This document shows, piece after piece, positions 56,009 through 64,000 of a stretch of DNA of 64,000 bases. Position numbers and translations under genes: made by a program. Location of the stretch: assembly GCA_963840245.1 (NCBI GenBank), contig CAWIYI010000048.1:6574-70573 (forward strand), given 5' to 3'. Source of the stretch: an uncultured Acidimicrobiaceae bacterium (lineage in GTDB: Bacteria; Actinomycetota; Acidimicrobiia; Acidimicrobiales; RAAP-2). Below the pieces are notes generated by a model. The model ran no database searches. It had not been told where the DNA came from and worked only from the letters and a program-made list of their open reading frames with translations. The first letter of the stretch is position 1. Every line of letters starts with the position of its first letter.

Positions 56009-57661
56009 TTACCGATCGTCGTCGGCGCTCTCGGCGCCCTCGGCGAGCCGGCGCCGCAGCTCCGCGACTCGCCGTGAGACCTCCGTCGCCGCTGTCGGGG
56101 CGGCCTCCTTCTCCAGCTCGGTGATGGTCCGCTCAATGGGGACCAGCCAGGGACTGGGCCGGCGCCCGGCCCTGGCGCCCGATCCGGCGTCGCCGCCGGC
56201 CTGCTCGAACCAGCTGCACCAGAGCTCCTCCTCGGAACGGGTCAGGGCCACATAGAGGAGGCGCCGCTCCTCGTCGATGGCATCGGGCGTCTGCGCCGAC
56301 GCGATGGGCATGAGGCCCTCGCCGAGCCCGAGGACGAGCACCGTCGGCCATTGCAGGCCCTTGGCGCGGTGGAACGTGGTGAGCACCACCCGGTCGCGAT
56401 CGGCCGGGGACTCGGGGCGGCTCTCTTCGTCGTCGTCCGCGGCGCCGCCGCGCCGCCCGGCATCGCCACGCAGGTCCGACGCCGGGCCGAGGTCGGCCCC
56501 GGCGATCTGGCTCGGTACCCGCGCCTTGTCCATGGCCTCCTGCACCCTGGCCAGCTGGGCGTTGGTCCGGGTCAGCACGGCGATGCTCGACCACGTCCGG
56601 CCCGGGACGCGCGACATCTTGGCCCGGGTGGCCGCCCAGGCGGCCTCGTCGTCATCGGTCGTGTGGGAGACGACCTGCGGGACCGGCCCGTCCACCCGCG
56701 TCGTGCGCGGCGGGACCACCTCGCGCCCCACCCCGAACGCGCCGCCCTCCCGCAGCACGGCGGTGGCCACCGCCACCACCTGGGGGGTGCAGCGGTGGTT
56801 CTCGTCCAGGCGGATGACCGTGGTGCCCCGCAGGATGTCGGGCAGCCGGTCGAGCAGTGTCGGATCGGCGCCGTTGAACCCGTAGACGGACTGGTTGGGG
56901 TCGCCGACCACGAACAGGTCGGGCTCGTCGGCCAGCATGGCGGTGAGGAGGCGGAACTGGGCCGGGTTGACGTCCTGCATCTCGTCGACGAAGAGGTGCC
57001 GGGTGCGCCAGCGGATGGAGTCGGCGAACTCGCTGTCACCCGCCAGCGCGTCGGCGCAGGCCACGATCAGGTCGTCGAAGTCGAGCAGACGTCGGCGGCT
57101 CCGCTCCGCTTCGTAGCGGGTGTAGGCGTCCGCCACCTGTTCGGCGCTCATGCCGCTGCGGCGCCGGTGCCGTCGGGCCTCGGCCTCGTACTGCTCGGGC
57201 GACACGAGGCGCGCCTTGGCCCAGCCGATCTCGCCGTCGAGGGCGCGGGTCCGACGTGCATCGCCGGTCGTCACGTCGGCCAAGAGGCGGCGCCGGTCCG
57301 GCAGGAGTGTGGGAGGTGGTCGACCCCGTAGCTCTCGGTGCTCGCGCAGCAGCCCGAGCGCCGTCCGGTGGAACGTGCCCGCCTTCACTCCGGACACGCC
57401 CAGTGAGTACAGCCGGGTGCGCAGCTCCTCGGCGGCCTTGCGGCTGAACGTGGTGACCAGGGTGCGGTCGGGCTCGATCGACCCGTCGCGTACCCGGCGG
57501 GCCACCCGGAGCGTCAGCACCCTCGTCTTGCCGGCCCCGGCCCCCGCCACCACGCAGAGCAGCGGCTCCTCCGATTCGATGGCCTCGCGTTGGGTCACCG
57601 TGAGGCGGTTGGCACCGGGGAGGGTGTCCCAGCTGTCGCTCTCCAAGCCCTCGAACGTCAT
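56009..57661 (-). CDS. UvrD/PcrA-family (SF1) DNA helicase, short form (550 aa)
   Basis: ATG 57661. Walker A AGAGAGKT, TFSRKAAEEL, DEMQDVNPAQ, VGDPNQSVYGFNGA, and a C-terminal VALTRSEEEL-type motif. Confidence 0.85.
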   Translation of the reverse strand: MTFEGLESDSWDTLPGANRLTVTQREAIESEEPLLCVVAGAGAGKTRVLTLRVARRVRDGSIEPDRTLVTTFSRKAAEELRTRLYSLGVSGVKAGTFHRTALGLLREHRELRGRPPPTLLPDRRRLLADVTTGDARRTRALDGEIGWAKARLVSPEQYEAEARRHRRRSGMSAEQVADAYTRYEAERSRRRLLDFDDLIVACADALAGDSEFADSIRWRTRHLFVDEMQDVNPAQFRLLTAMLADEPDLFVVGDPNQSVYGFNGADPTLLDRLPDILRGTTVIRLDENHRCTPQVVAVATAVLREGGAFGVGREVVPPRTTRVDGPVPQVVSHTTDDDEAAWAATRAKMSRVPGRTWSSIAVLTRTNAQLARVQEAMDKARVPSQIAGADLGPASDLRGDAGRRGGAADDDEESRPESPADRDRVVLTTFHRAKGLQWPTVLVLGLGEGLMPIASAQTPDAIDEERRLLYVALTRSEEELWCSWFEQAGGDAGSGARAGRRPSPWLVPIERTITELEKEAAPTAATEVSRRVAELRRRLAEGAESADDDR

Positions 57662-57776
57662 GACCACACTCCGCACGGTACAGAGGGGGTGCGCGCAGCA
57701 CCCGCCGGACCTGCGCCTATCGTGGCCGAACCGGGTCCTCCATGCCCCATCGGGAAGAGGCGGCCAGGTGGGGAAC

Positions 57777-58850
57777 CTAGAGCACCCGGTGCGTCCGGAG
57801 CGCACGCCGGCGGACGTTGCGGGCCCGCGCCAGCGTCACCAATTCCTCGACGACCGCGCCGAAGGGCAGGCCCTCGGCCTCCCACAGCATGGGGAACATG
57901 GAGATCGGGGTGAAGCCCGGCATGGTGTTCACCTCGTTGATGACGATCGCATCGTTCTTCCGGAGGAAGACGTCGATGCGAGCCAGGCCCTCCACGCGCA
58001 GCGCCCGGTACGCCGCCAACGCCACCCGCTGCGCATGCTCGAGCTCTGCGTCCTTCAGGTCGGTGGGCGCCACCGTCTCGGCGAGCCCCAGCACGTACTT
58101 GTCCTCGTAGTCGTAGAACTCCCGGCTGGCGATGATCTCGCCGGCCCGCGACACGCGCACGTCCTCGTTGCCCATGAGCGCGAGCTCGAGCTCGCGGCCC
58201 TCGACGAACTCCTCGAGGATCACGTGGTCGTCGAACTCGAAGGCCGACCGCACGGCGTCCCCGAGCGCCGCGGCGTCGGCCGCCTTGGCCACACCGATGG
58301 AGGACCCGAGGTTGGCGGGCTTCACGAAGAGGGGCAGGCCGAGCGATTCGAGCGCCTCTCCCATCACCTCGGTGGACCAGGCCGACCGGGAGACCGACCT
58401 CCACGCCGCCACCGGCAGTCCGTGGTCGTGCAGCACCGACTTGGCGATGCCCTTGTCCATGCAGATGGCGGACGACAGCACGCCGGCGCCGACATAGGGC
58501 AGGTCGAGCGCCTCGAGATGGCCCTGGAGAACACCGTCCTCGCCGAAGGGCCCGTGGAGGACGGGGAACACGACCGTGGCCGGCGGGAGGCCGGCGTCGA
58601 GATGGGCCAGCGCCGTATCGGGGTCGCGGTCCAACAGGTCATCGGGTGAAGGCAGCGCCTCCATTCCCGCCACGTCGGTGAGGACCCGGTTGGCGTCCAC
58701 CCACTGTTTGTCATGGGTCAGCCCGATCACGCGCACGGCGAACCCGCTCTGCAGCGCGGTGGCCACGATGCGACGCGCCGAGATGCAGGACACTTCGTGC
58801 TCAGCCGACGGACCCCCGTAGACGACCGCCAGCACTCCGGGATCAGGCAT
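57777..58850 (-). CDS. ddl: D-alanine--D-alanine ligase
   Basis: Motifs VVYGGPSAEHEVS, HGPFGEDGVLQG, PLFVKPANLGSSIG and NEVNTMPGFT. Confidence 0.92.
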   Translation of the reverse strand: MPDPGVLAVVYGGPSAEHEVSCISARRIVATALQSGFAVRVIGLTHDKQWVDANRVLTDVAGMEALPSPDDLLDRDPDTALAHLDAGLPPATVVFPVLHGPFGEDGVLQGHLEALDLPYVGAGVLSSAICMDKGIAKSVLHDHGLPVAAWRSVSRSAWSTEVMGEALESLGLPLFVKPANLGSSIGVAKAADAAALGDAVRSAFEFDDHVILEEFVEGRELELALMGNEDVRVSRAGEIIASREFYDYEDKYVLGLAETVAPTDLKDAELEHAQRVALAAYRALRVEGLARIDVFLRKNDAIVINEVNTMPGFTPISMFPMLWEAEGLPFGAVVEELVTLARARNVRRRALRTHRVL

Positions 58851-58854
58851 CGAC

Positions 58855-58876
58855 CGAGGCTATACAATCAGCCTCG
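58855..58876. promoter_or_regulatory. Palindrome CGAGGC-TATACAATCA-GCCTCG filling the 36-bp ddl/murF divergent gap (shared -10-like TACAAT/TTGTAT)
   Basis: Read directly. This is the only AT-rich hexamer between the ATG at 58850 (minus strand) and the GTG at 58887 (plus strand). Confidence 0.3.
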
Positions 58877-58886
58877 AGGGCGATGC

Positions 58887-60224
58887 GTGCGATTCTCCAC
58901 TTCTGAACTCGCCGCCCGCCTCGGTGGGGAGCAGGTCGGACCCGACGTCATCGTCGATGGAGCGACCATCGACACCCGGACGGCATTGGCGGGCAAGCTC
59001 TACGTTCCCATCGTCGCCGAACGCGACGGGCACGAGTTCATCCGCGCCGCCTTGGAAGGGGGAGCCCCGGCCTACCTCACGGCGCAGGAACCCGTCGGGG
59101 CGACAGCCATCGTCGTCGCGGACACGGCCGCCGCACTCATGCAGCTGGGCCTGGTCGCACGCGACCACGTGCACGGCGGCGTGATCGGCATCACGGGCTC
59201 GGTCGGCAAGACGACGACCAAGGATCTCCTGCGCCACTGTCTCGTCTCGACCTTCGGGGTGGCGGCGAGCGAGCGGTCCTTCAACAACGAGCTGGGACTC
59301 CCGCTCACGCTCCTCAACGCACCGGACGATGCCCAGTGGGTGGTCCTGGAGATGGGCGCCCGCGGCGCGGGTCACATGGCGCGCCTGGCCCAGGTGGGTC
59401 GTCCGGACGTCGGCATCGTGACGAGCGTCGCCATGGCCCACGTGGAGTACTTCGGCGATCTCGACGGTGTGGCCCGGGCCAAGAGCGAGCTGGTGACCGC
59501 GCTGCCTCCCTCCGGCGTCGCCGTCTTGAACTTCGACGATCCGCGGGTGGCGCGCATGGCCTCGGTCAGCCCCTGCCCGGTGCTGGGGTATGCGGCGGAG
59601 GGCAACGCCGAGGTGCGGGCCGAGCGCGTCGTGCTCGACGACGACTTGCGACCGCGGTTCCGGTTGTCGACGCCGTGGGGTGCGGGCGACGTCCGGCTCT
59701 CGCTGCACGGGATCCAGCAGGTTCCGAACGCGCTCGCCGCCGCGGCCGCGGCGCTGTGGTGCGGCGTCCCCCTCGAGGACGTGGTGTCCGCCTTGGCGAC
59801 CGCCACCGGGTCGCCCCTGCGCATGGAGGTGCATCGCGTTCCCGACGGACCCGTCCTGGTCGTGGACTGCTACAACGCCAACCCGGCCTCGACCGAGGCG
59901 GCGCTGCGTTCGCTGGGCGCGTTGCCGGCAGCGCGGCAGCTGGCGCTTCTCGGGCTCATGGCCGAGTTGGGGGCCGAGACCGAGGCCGAGCACCGGCGGA
60001 TCGCCCGGCTGGCCGAGGAGCTCGGGATTGAGGTGGTCGGCTACCAGACCGAGCTCTACGGCGCGGCCGAGGTGACCAGTGCCGATGACGCCGTGGCCCT
60101 GCTGCGGACGCTGGGCCCGGGCGACGCGGCCCTCGTGAAGGGCAGTCGGGTGGCGCGTCTCGAAGACGTCGTGCGGCGGTACGGGGCGGCGACCGGAGTT
60201 CAGTCCCTGGCGGCAGGCGCGTAG
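58887..60224 (+). CDS. murF: UDP-N-acetylmuramoyl-tripeptide--D-alanyl-D-alanine ligase
   Basis: GTG 58887 is in frame. Mur ligase motifs GITGSVGKTTTKD, SFNNELGLPLT, LEMGARGAGH, DCYNANP and VKGSR. Confidence 0.9.
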   Translation: MRFSTSELAARLGGEQVGPDVIVDGATIDTRTALAGKLYVPIVAERDGHEFIRAALEGGAPAYLTAQEPVGATAIVVADTAAALMQLGLVARDHVHGGVIGITGSVGKTTTKDLLRHCLVSTFGVAASERSFNNELGLPLTLLNAPDDAQWVVLEMGARGAGHMARLAQVGRPDVGIVTSVAMAHVEYFGDLDGVARAKSELVTALPPSGVAVLNFDDPRVARMASVSPCPVLGYAAEGNAEVRAERVVLDDDLRPRFRLSTPWGAGDVRLSLHGIQQVPNALAAAAAALWCGVPLEDVVSALATATGSPLRMEVHRVPDGPVLVVDCYNANPASTEAALRSLGALPAARQLALLGLMAELGAETEAEHRRIARLAEELGIEVVGYQTELYGAAEVTSADDAVALLRTLGPGDAALVKGSRVARLEDVVRRYGAATGVQSLAAGA

Positions 60225-61262
60225 CGCGCCGGCGTGCCGTCCGGCCCGCGGCACGACGGCACCGACGAGAATCCGGCGGGAAAGCTCACCGTAGAGGGAC
60301 TCGGTGCGTGCCGACGGCGAGCTTCCCGGGTCGAGGGCGTCGACCCGGCGCTGGCACTCGCGCCATTCGAGGCGGAGCCGGTCCGCGTCGCCTTCTGCTG
60401 CCGCCAGCTGCATGGCGGATCGGGACAGCGCCTCGCTGTAGGGCTCGACGATGCGCGCCTGCTCGAGACCCCACCGCGCCAGATCGAAGAGCCCGGCATC
60501 GGCGGCCAGCGAGGCCAGGCGACAGGCCGCGTCGACGAGCACCGCGGCAATGCGCCCACCGTGGCCTTCGGCCTCCCACCACGCGTAGCCCGACAGCGCG
60601 TTGGCCAGCGGCTCACCCTCGACCAGAAAGAGGGCGGCACGGAAGTAGGCGATGGCCACGGCCGGGTCGGACTGGGCCTTCGCTTCGGCGGCGAGTGCGA
60701 CGGCACGCTGCACGTCGACGGTGACCCGGGGTGACAGTTGGTAGAGACCGTGACGCGTGCCGGCCGGGAAGAGGGGATCGCCCTGCTCGTCGACCCCCAT
60801 GGCCCGCCGGGCCGCGTACGCGGTGTTGAACAGCGTCTTCGACGCGGCGTCGGCGTCGGACGACCCGAGCACGCGCGTGCGCAGCCGGTCGCTCGTGATG
60901 ACATCGGGCTGGTGCAGCGCCAGATAGGCGACGAGCTCGACGGCCCGGCGGGCGCGGTTGGGCGGGAGCTCCTCGTGGAGCCCGTCGAGGCGGGGCGTCA
61001 TGGCGAGCAGCCGCACGTCGACGGCGCCGGGAGCCAGCGCCGACACCCCGCCGGCCGGTGTTGCCGTCCGCCGTTCGTCCCTGTCGCGCCACGGCTCTGC
61101 GTCCTCGTCGAGGGCCGGCGCCACCAGCTCCTCGATGTGCCGGGCCTTCGCAGCCGCCTGGAGATGGGGCCGCACGACGCGGCCCATCGGGTGGAGGGTG
61201 GCGCCGTGGCGATCGACCAGGACGGTCAGATCACTGGCGGCGACCGGGTCCAGGGAGATCAC
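60225..61262 (-). CDS. BTAD/SARP-like transcriptional regulator (winged helix + BTAD); 3-prime end unresolved because there is no in-frame stop until 58860
   Basis: GTG 61262 overlaps the upstream stop (GTGA). Winged-helix segment (RRAVELVAYLALHQPDVITSDRLRTRVLG) and BTAD-type helical repeats ending ...LRLEWRECQRRVDALDPGSSPSARTESLYGELSRRIL. Beyond about 60230 the frame is antisense to murF. Confidence 0.6.
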
Positions 61263-62674
61263 GGCGGAGCGAGCCGCCGCCTCGGGAGGAAGGGCGCGGG
61301 GTCACCGCAGAAGAGCACGCGTCGAGCCACAACCGGGTCGGCCGCCACCTCGGACCTGAGCGCAGTGTCGTCGGGATCGTCGGTGACCAGGATCGTGTCC
61401 GCCCAGGCCCAGGAGCCGACGGCCACCCGCGCCGCCCGCAGCAGCTCCGGTGCCGCCTCGCCGAGGATGGGCAGGACGTCGCCCGGCTCGAGCGGGACGA
61501 GCCACGTGCCCTCGGCGTCGTCGCCGACGGGGAGGACGACGGGCACGTAGGGGAAGGGGGGATCGTCGTGGCCGTCAAGAGCGCCGTGATCGACGTGCCA
61601 CGCGGTGCCGTCCGGCAGGCGTGTAAAGGGTTCCGGGGGCGTCTCCGGGTAGGCGTCGGCGAACCAGAACGTCACGCCGGACGGCGAGACACAGATGGCG
61701 CGGACGGTGGGCCCGGCGCGGCCCTCGAGGGACAGGCCCAAGCGGCAATTGGCGGACTCGAAGGAATGGAGCGCCGGGACGCCCGCGAAGCGGTGCAGGA
61801 GGGCCGCCGCGTCCAGCGCCCCCTCGGACGGCTCCGGTCCCGGGACGGCCGCACCGGTGAACCGGTCGCCGAGCCGGCGCCGGCGCCCGGCGCGCCGGGC
61901 GATGGCGGCGCAGGCCAGCGAGCCGAGGCCGAGGGCGATCAGTTCGGGCAGGTGTCCTGGCGGCTCGGGATGTGACGGGTGGTCGGTCCGGTCGGCCCGT
62001 GCCGCAGGCCCGCCGCCGCGCTGCGCCTCAGCCGGCAGGCGCAGGCGCCAGCCCGCCCGCAGCTGATCCGGGTCGACGAAGCGTGTGCCACCCCCCATGT
62101 CGCGGCCGAGATTGAGCGCGGCGAGCGTCGTCCAGTCCGCGCCGTCGCCCAGGCGATCGTCCGCGATCTCCCAGAGGCCGTCGCCGGGCCGGACCACGTA
62201 GGTCGCGGCGGATGCCACCGCCGGGGACTCGGGCGCGCCAACCGGGAGCGTGCTGGTGATCGCGGTGCGCGGTGCGACACCGGACGGAGTGCTGGCGCCG
62301 GCGCCGGCAGAGAGCGAGAGGGGAGCGCCGACGCTCGTCAGCGTGAGCACGCCGAACGCAATGCGTGCCGCCAGGCGATCCATGACCGGCGCACCCCGGA
62401 GGACGCCGACCTCGCCGCTGCGCACGTGCGCGATCACCGCCCGGATCAGCTGCGTGCAACAGGCGGCCCAGGCCACCCAGGCCGCCAGGACCAGGAGGCA
62501 CAGCAGGTCGCGTGGCAGCGGCCGCCAGGCGTGTCCGAGCCCGTCGGCCAGCGGATTGCCGACGACCAGGAGCAGCACGGCCGGGACGGCGGTGAAGGCC
62601 AGCAGGGCGGCGATCGCGGCGCCGGCGACGTCGAGGAGCCGCGGTGGGCACTCGATCCCGTTCTCCCTAGCCAC
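61259..62674 (-). CDS. Membrane protein with LysM domain and uncharacterised C-terminal domain
   Basis: GTG 62674. Three N-terminal hydrophobic segments and a LysM-like stretch (YVVRPGDGLWEIADDRLGDGADWTTLAALN...GWRLRLP). The C-terminal about 220 aa has no recognised family. Confidence 0.7.
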   Translation of the reverse strand: MARENGIECPPRLLDVAGAAIAALLAFTAVPAVLLLVVGNPLADGLGHAWRPLPRDLLCLLVLAAWVAWAACCTQLIRAVIAHVRSGEVGVLRGAPVMDRLAARIAFGVLTLTSVGAPLSLSAGAGASTPSGVAPRTAITSTLPVGAPESPAVASAATYVVRPGDGLWEIADDRLGDGADWTTLAALNLGRDMGGGTRFVDPDQLRAGWRLRLPAEAQRGGGPAARADRTDHPSHPEPPGHLPELIALGLGSLACAAIARRAGRRRRLGDRFTGAAVPGPEPSEGALDAAALLHRFAGVPALHSFESANCRLGLSLEGRAGPTVRAICVSPSGVTFWFADAYPETPPEPFTRLPDGTAWHVDHGALDGHDDPPFPYVPVVLPVGDDAEGTWLVPLEPGDVLPILGEAAPELLRAARVAVGSWAWADTILVTDDPDDTALRSEVAADPVVARRVLFCGDPAPFLPRRRLAPP

Positions 62675-63417
62675 CGGCCGGTCCGATGGAGATCGTGTAG
62701 GTCAACGATGTCGTCTCCGACGCAGGCTCGGAAACCGTGGCCAGACAGCTCCCGGTGGCGTCAGGAAGCGTTGCTGCCATGGCCGAGGTCCCGCCCACGT
62801 TCTGGCTCCCGTTCGCGCAACTGACCTCCATGGTGAGATACGTGTCACCCGACCACACGACCGAGATCTCCATCGCGCCCGTCCCGGTGAACCCGTACTT
62901 GTTCGACGTGTCCGACGGGGGGTCGAGATAACCCTGTGTGCGGTCGGCCGGCTCTGCGCTCGGCTCCGGGCGGTCGCGTAGTCGTGGTCGTGGCAGGCGG
63001 TGCCTGGGTCGTCGTGGTGACGCTCGTCGCCGCGGTCCGTGGCGTGCTCTCGACGCGCGGTGTCCCGGACGACAGGAGTGCGGTGCCGCCACCGGCCGAC
63101 CCCGACGAAGGAGGCGCCGCGGCGATCGGTGAGGTGGTTGTCGTGGGCGTGGCGGTGGACCGCGACGCGGCTTTGGTTCCCGCACGCCGGTGCGCGCCCG
63201 GCCCGAGTGCGGTGCGGGCGGCCGCCTGCGCGGGTCCGCCGCCGCGTCGGGCGCGCCCCGGTGTTCCGCCAGCAGTCGCCACGAGCAGCGCCATGAGACC
63301 CAGTGACACGGCGAGGATCACCCACCAGTTGGGGCGGCCCCGAGCCACTCGCGAGCGCCAACCCTCGTTGGCGTCGGGCTTCCCACCAAGCACGGGCACA
63401 CGATACGCACGCGTCAC
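62667..63417 (-). pseudogene. Single-pass membrane protein with Thr/Pro-rich linker and small Cys-containing C-terminal domain, frameshifted near 62966
   Basis: GTG 63417. TM segment WWVILAVSLGLMALLVATAGG, then a Thr/Pro/Ser linker in the frame of ORF 62845-63417. A globular C-terminus (GYLDPPSDTSNKYGFTGTGAMEISVVWSGDTYLTMEVSCANG...TYTISIGPAGG) follows in the frame of ORF 62667-63185. Junction: near CCGCCC-G-GAGCCG. Confidence 0.6.
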
Positions 63418-63435
63418 GCCTCCCGCACTCGGCGC

Positions 63436-64000
63436 TCAGGCGCACAAACGCCGCTGACCGCGGTCACGTCGGGCATAGAGGGCGCGACGGTCGCGCCCGG
63501 TCAGGGCGGCCAGTTCGGCGATGGAGTAGCCGAGGACATGGTGGGCGTAGAGGACCCTGACCTCGTCGGCGCGCATCCCCTCGCGGCGCAGCTCGATCAG
63601 CAGGCGGGCCAGCTCCTCGAGGTCCGTCTCCGGCCGGGAGGAGACTGCGTCGGACAGATCGGGGCCGAGCGGGACGGAGCGACCATCGAGATCCTTGGAG
63701 CGGAAGAGCTGGCGCCGGAGACGGCAACGGATGGCAGAGAGCAGGTCGAGCACGGCGTAGGGGCGGTCCTGCCCGGACCATTCCTGCAGTACCAGCCAGG
63801 TGGTCGTGAGAAGCTCGCCGAAGAACTCCTCGCCGTCCTGCCACTCTCCACCGCGTCCCCAACGCAATTTCCCGGCCACCGTCACCAGCCCCGGGAGAAG
63901 AGCCTGGACGAGCAGCCGCGAGATGAAGGGGTCGGCACCGGCCTCCCTGAGCAGCACCCTGACGAGGTGGGCGGCTTCCTCGCGCTGGGCCCGGCCCGAG
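63436..64000 (-). CDS. Sigma-70-family (ECF-like) factor or related HTH protein, 5-prime end outside window
   Basis: The frame is open to the window edge. C-terminal region-4-like HTH (EVRVLYAHHVLGYSIAELAALTGRDRRALYARRDRGQRRL). Stop at 63436, 19 nt upstream of the next gene start. Confidence 0.5.
   Translation of the reverse strand, partial: SGRAQREEAAHLVRVLLREAGADPFISRLLVQALLPGLVTVAGKLRWGRGGEWQDGEEFFGELLTTTWLVLQEWSGQDRPYAVLDLLSAIRCRLRRQLFRSKDLDGRSVPLGPDLSDAVSSRPETDLEELARLLIELRREGMRADEVRVLYAHHVLGYSIAELAALTGRDRRALYARRDRGQRRLCA

Noticed and set aside
2480-63417. Programmed ribosomal frameshifting as an explanation for the six split genes.
   Set aside because: I see no shared slippery heptamer or downstream structure at the junctions. 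The genes are functionally unrelated, and the orthologous families are not known to use recoding. Indel error or recent mutation is far more likely.

Overview
This is a high-GC (roughly 70% by eye) chromosomal segment of Actinomycetota type. The taxonomic call rests on a Kgd/OdhA-type 2-oxoglutarate dehydrogenase, fused PafBC, F420 genes, and Lys/Ala-rich tails. It is densely coding on both strands, with about 55 protein genes. I saw no rRNA, tRNA, tmRNA or CRISPR array.

Gene content from left to right:
- ftsX (3-prime part), an ssb paralog and msrB.
- A lipid or aromatic-type catabolic cluster: serine hydrolase, amidohydrolase, family III CoA-transferase, acyl-CoA dehydrogenase, SDR, acyl-CoA ligase, Zn-ADH.
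- A sugar nucleotidyltransferase, dxs, an MFS transporter, a hotdog thioesterase, tldD-pmbA, an FmdB zinc-ribbon protein and moaC.
- A carboxyltransferase, a short Erm-like rRNA methyltransferase, a CtaG-like membrane protein, fused pafBC and an F420-dependent reductase.
- A relaxase / coupling-protein / Lys-Ala-repeat island.
- cofC, gpsA, an adenylate cyclase, a GH38 mannosidase, an acyl-CoA ligase, a GYD protein and rnhB.
- A five-gene peptide ABC importer, a membrane protein, an alpha/beta hydrolase and kgd/sucA.
- A protein combining an NYN RNase domain, an S1 domain and a Lys/Ala tail.
- fabZ, xthA, a TPP enzyme, an FAD oxidase, a UvrD-like helicase, ddl and murF.
- At the right edge, a minus-strand operon: sigma-like factor, Thr/Pro-rich membrane protein, LysM membrane protein, BTAD regulator.

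Most notable observations:
1. Six otherwise intact genes are each broken by a frameshift of the same polarity. In every case the frame is restored by removing one base.
2. An orphan MobF relaxase plus a soluble T4CP sit beside a histone-like repeat protein, with no integrase and no T4SS.
3. A Regnase-like NYN-S1-KA-tail protein follows kgd.
4. The sigma/LysM/BTAD operon has a last ORF with no stop codon for 1.4 kb.

All functional calls come from motifs I recognised in the supplied translations. No database search was run.
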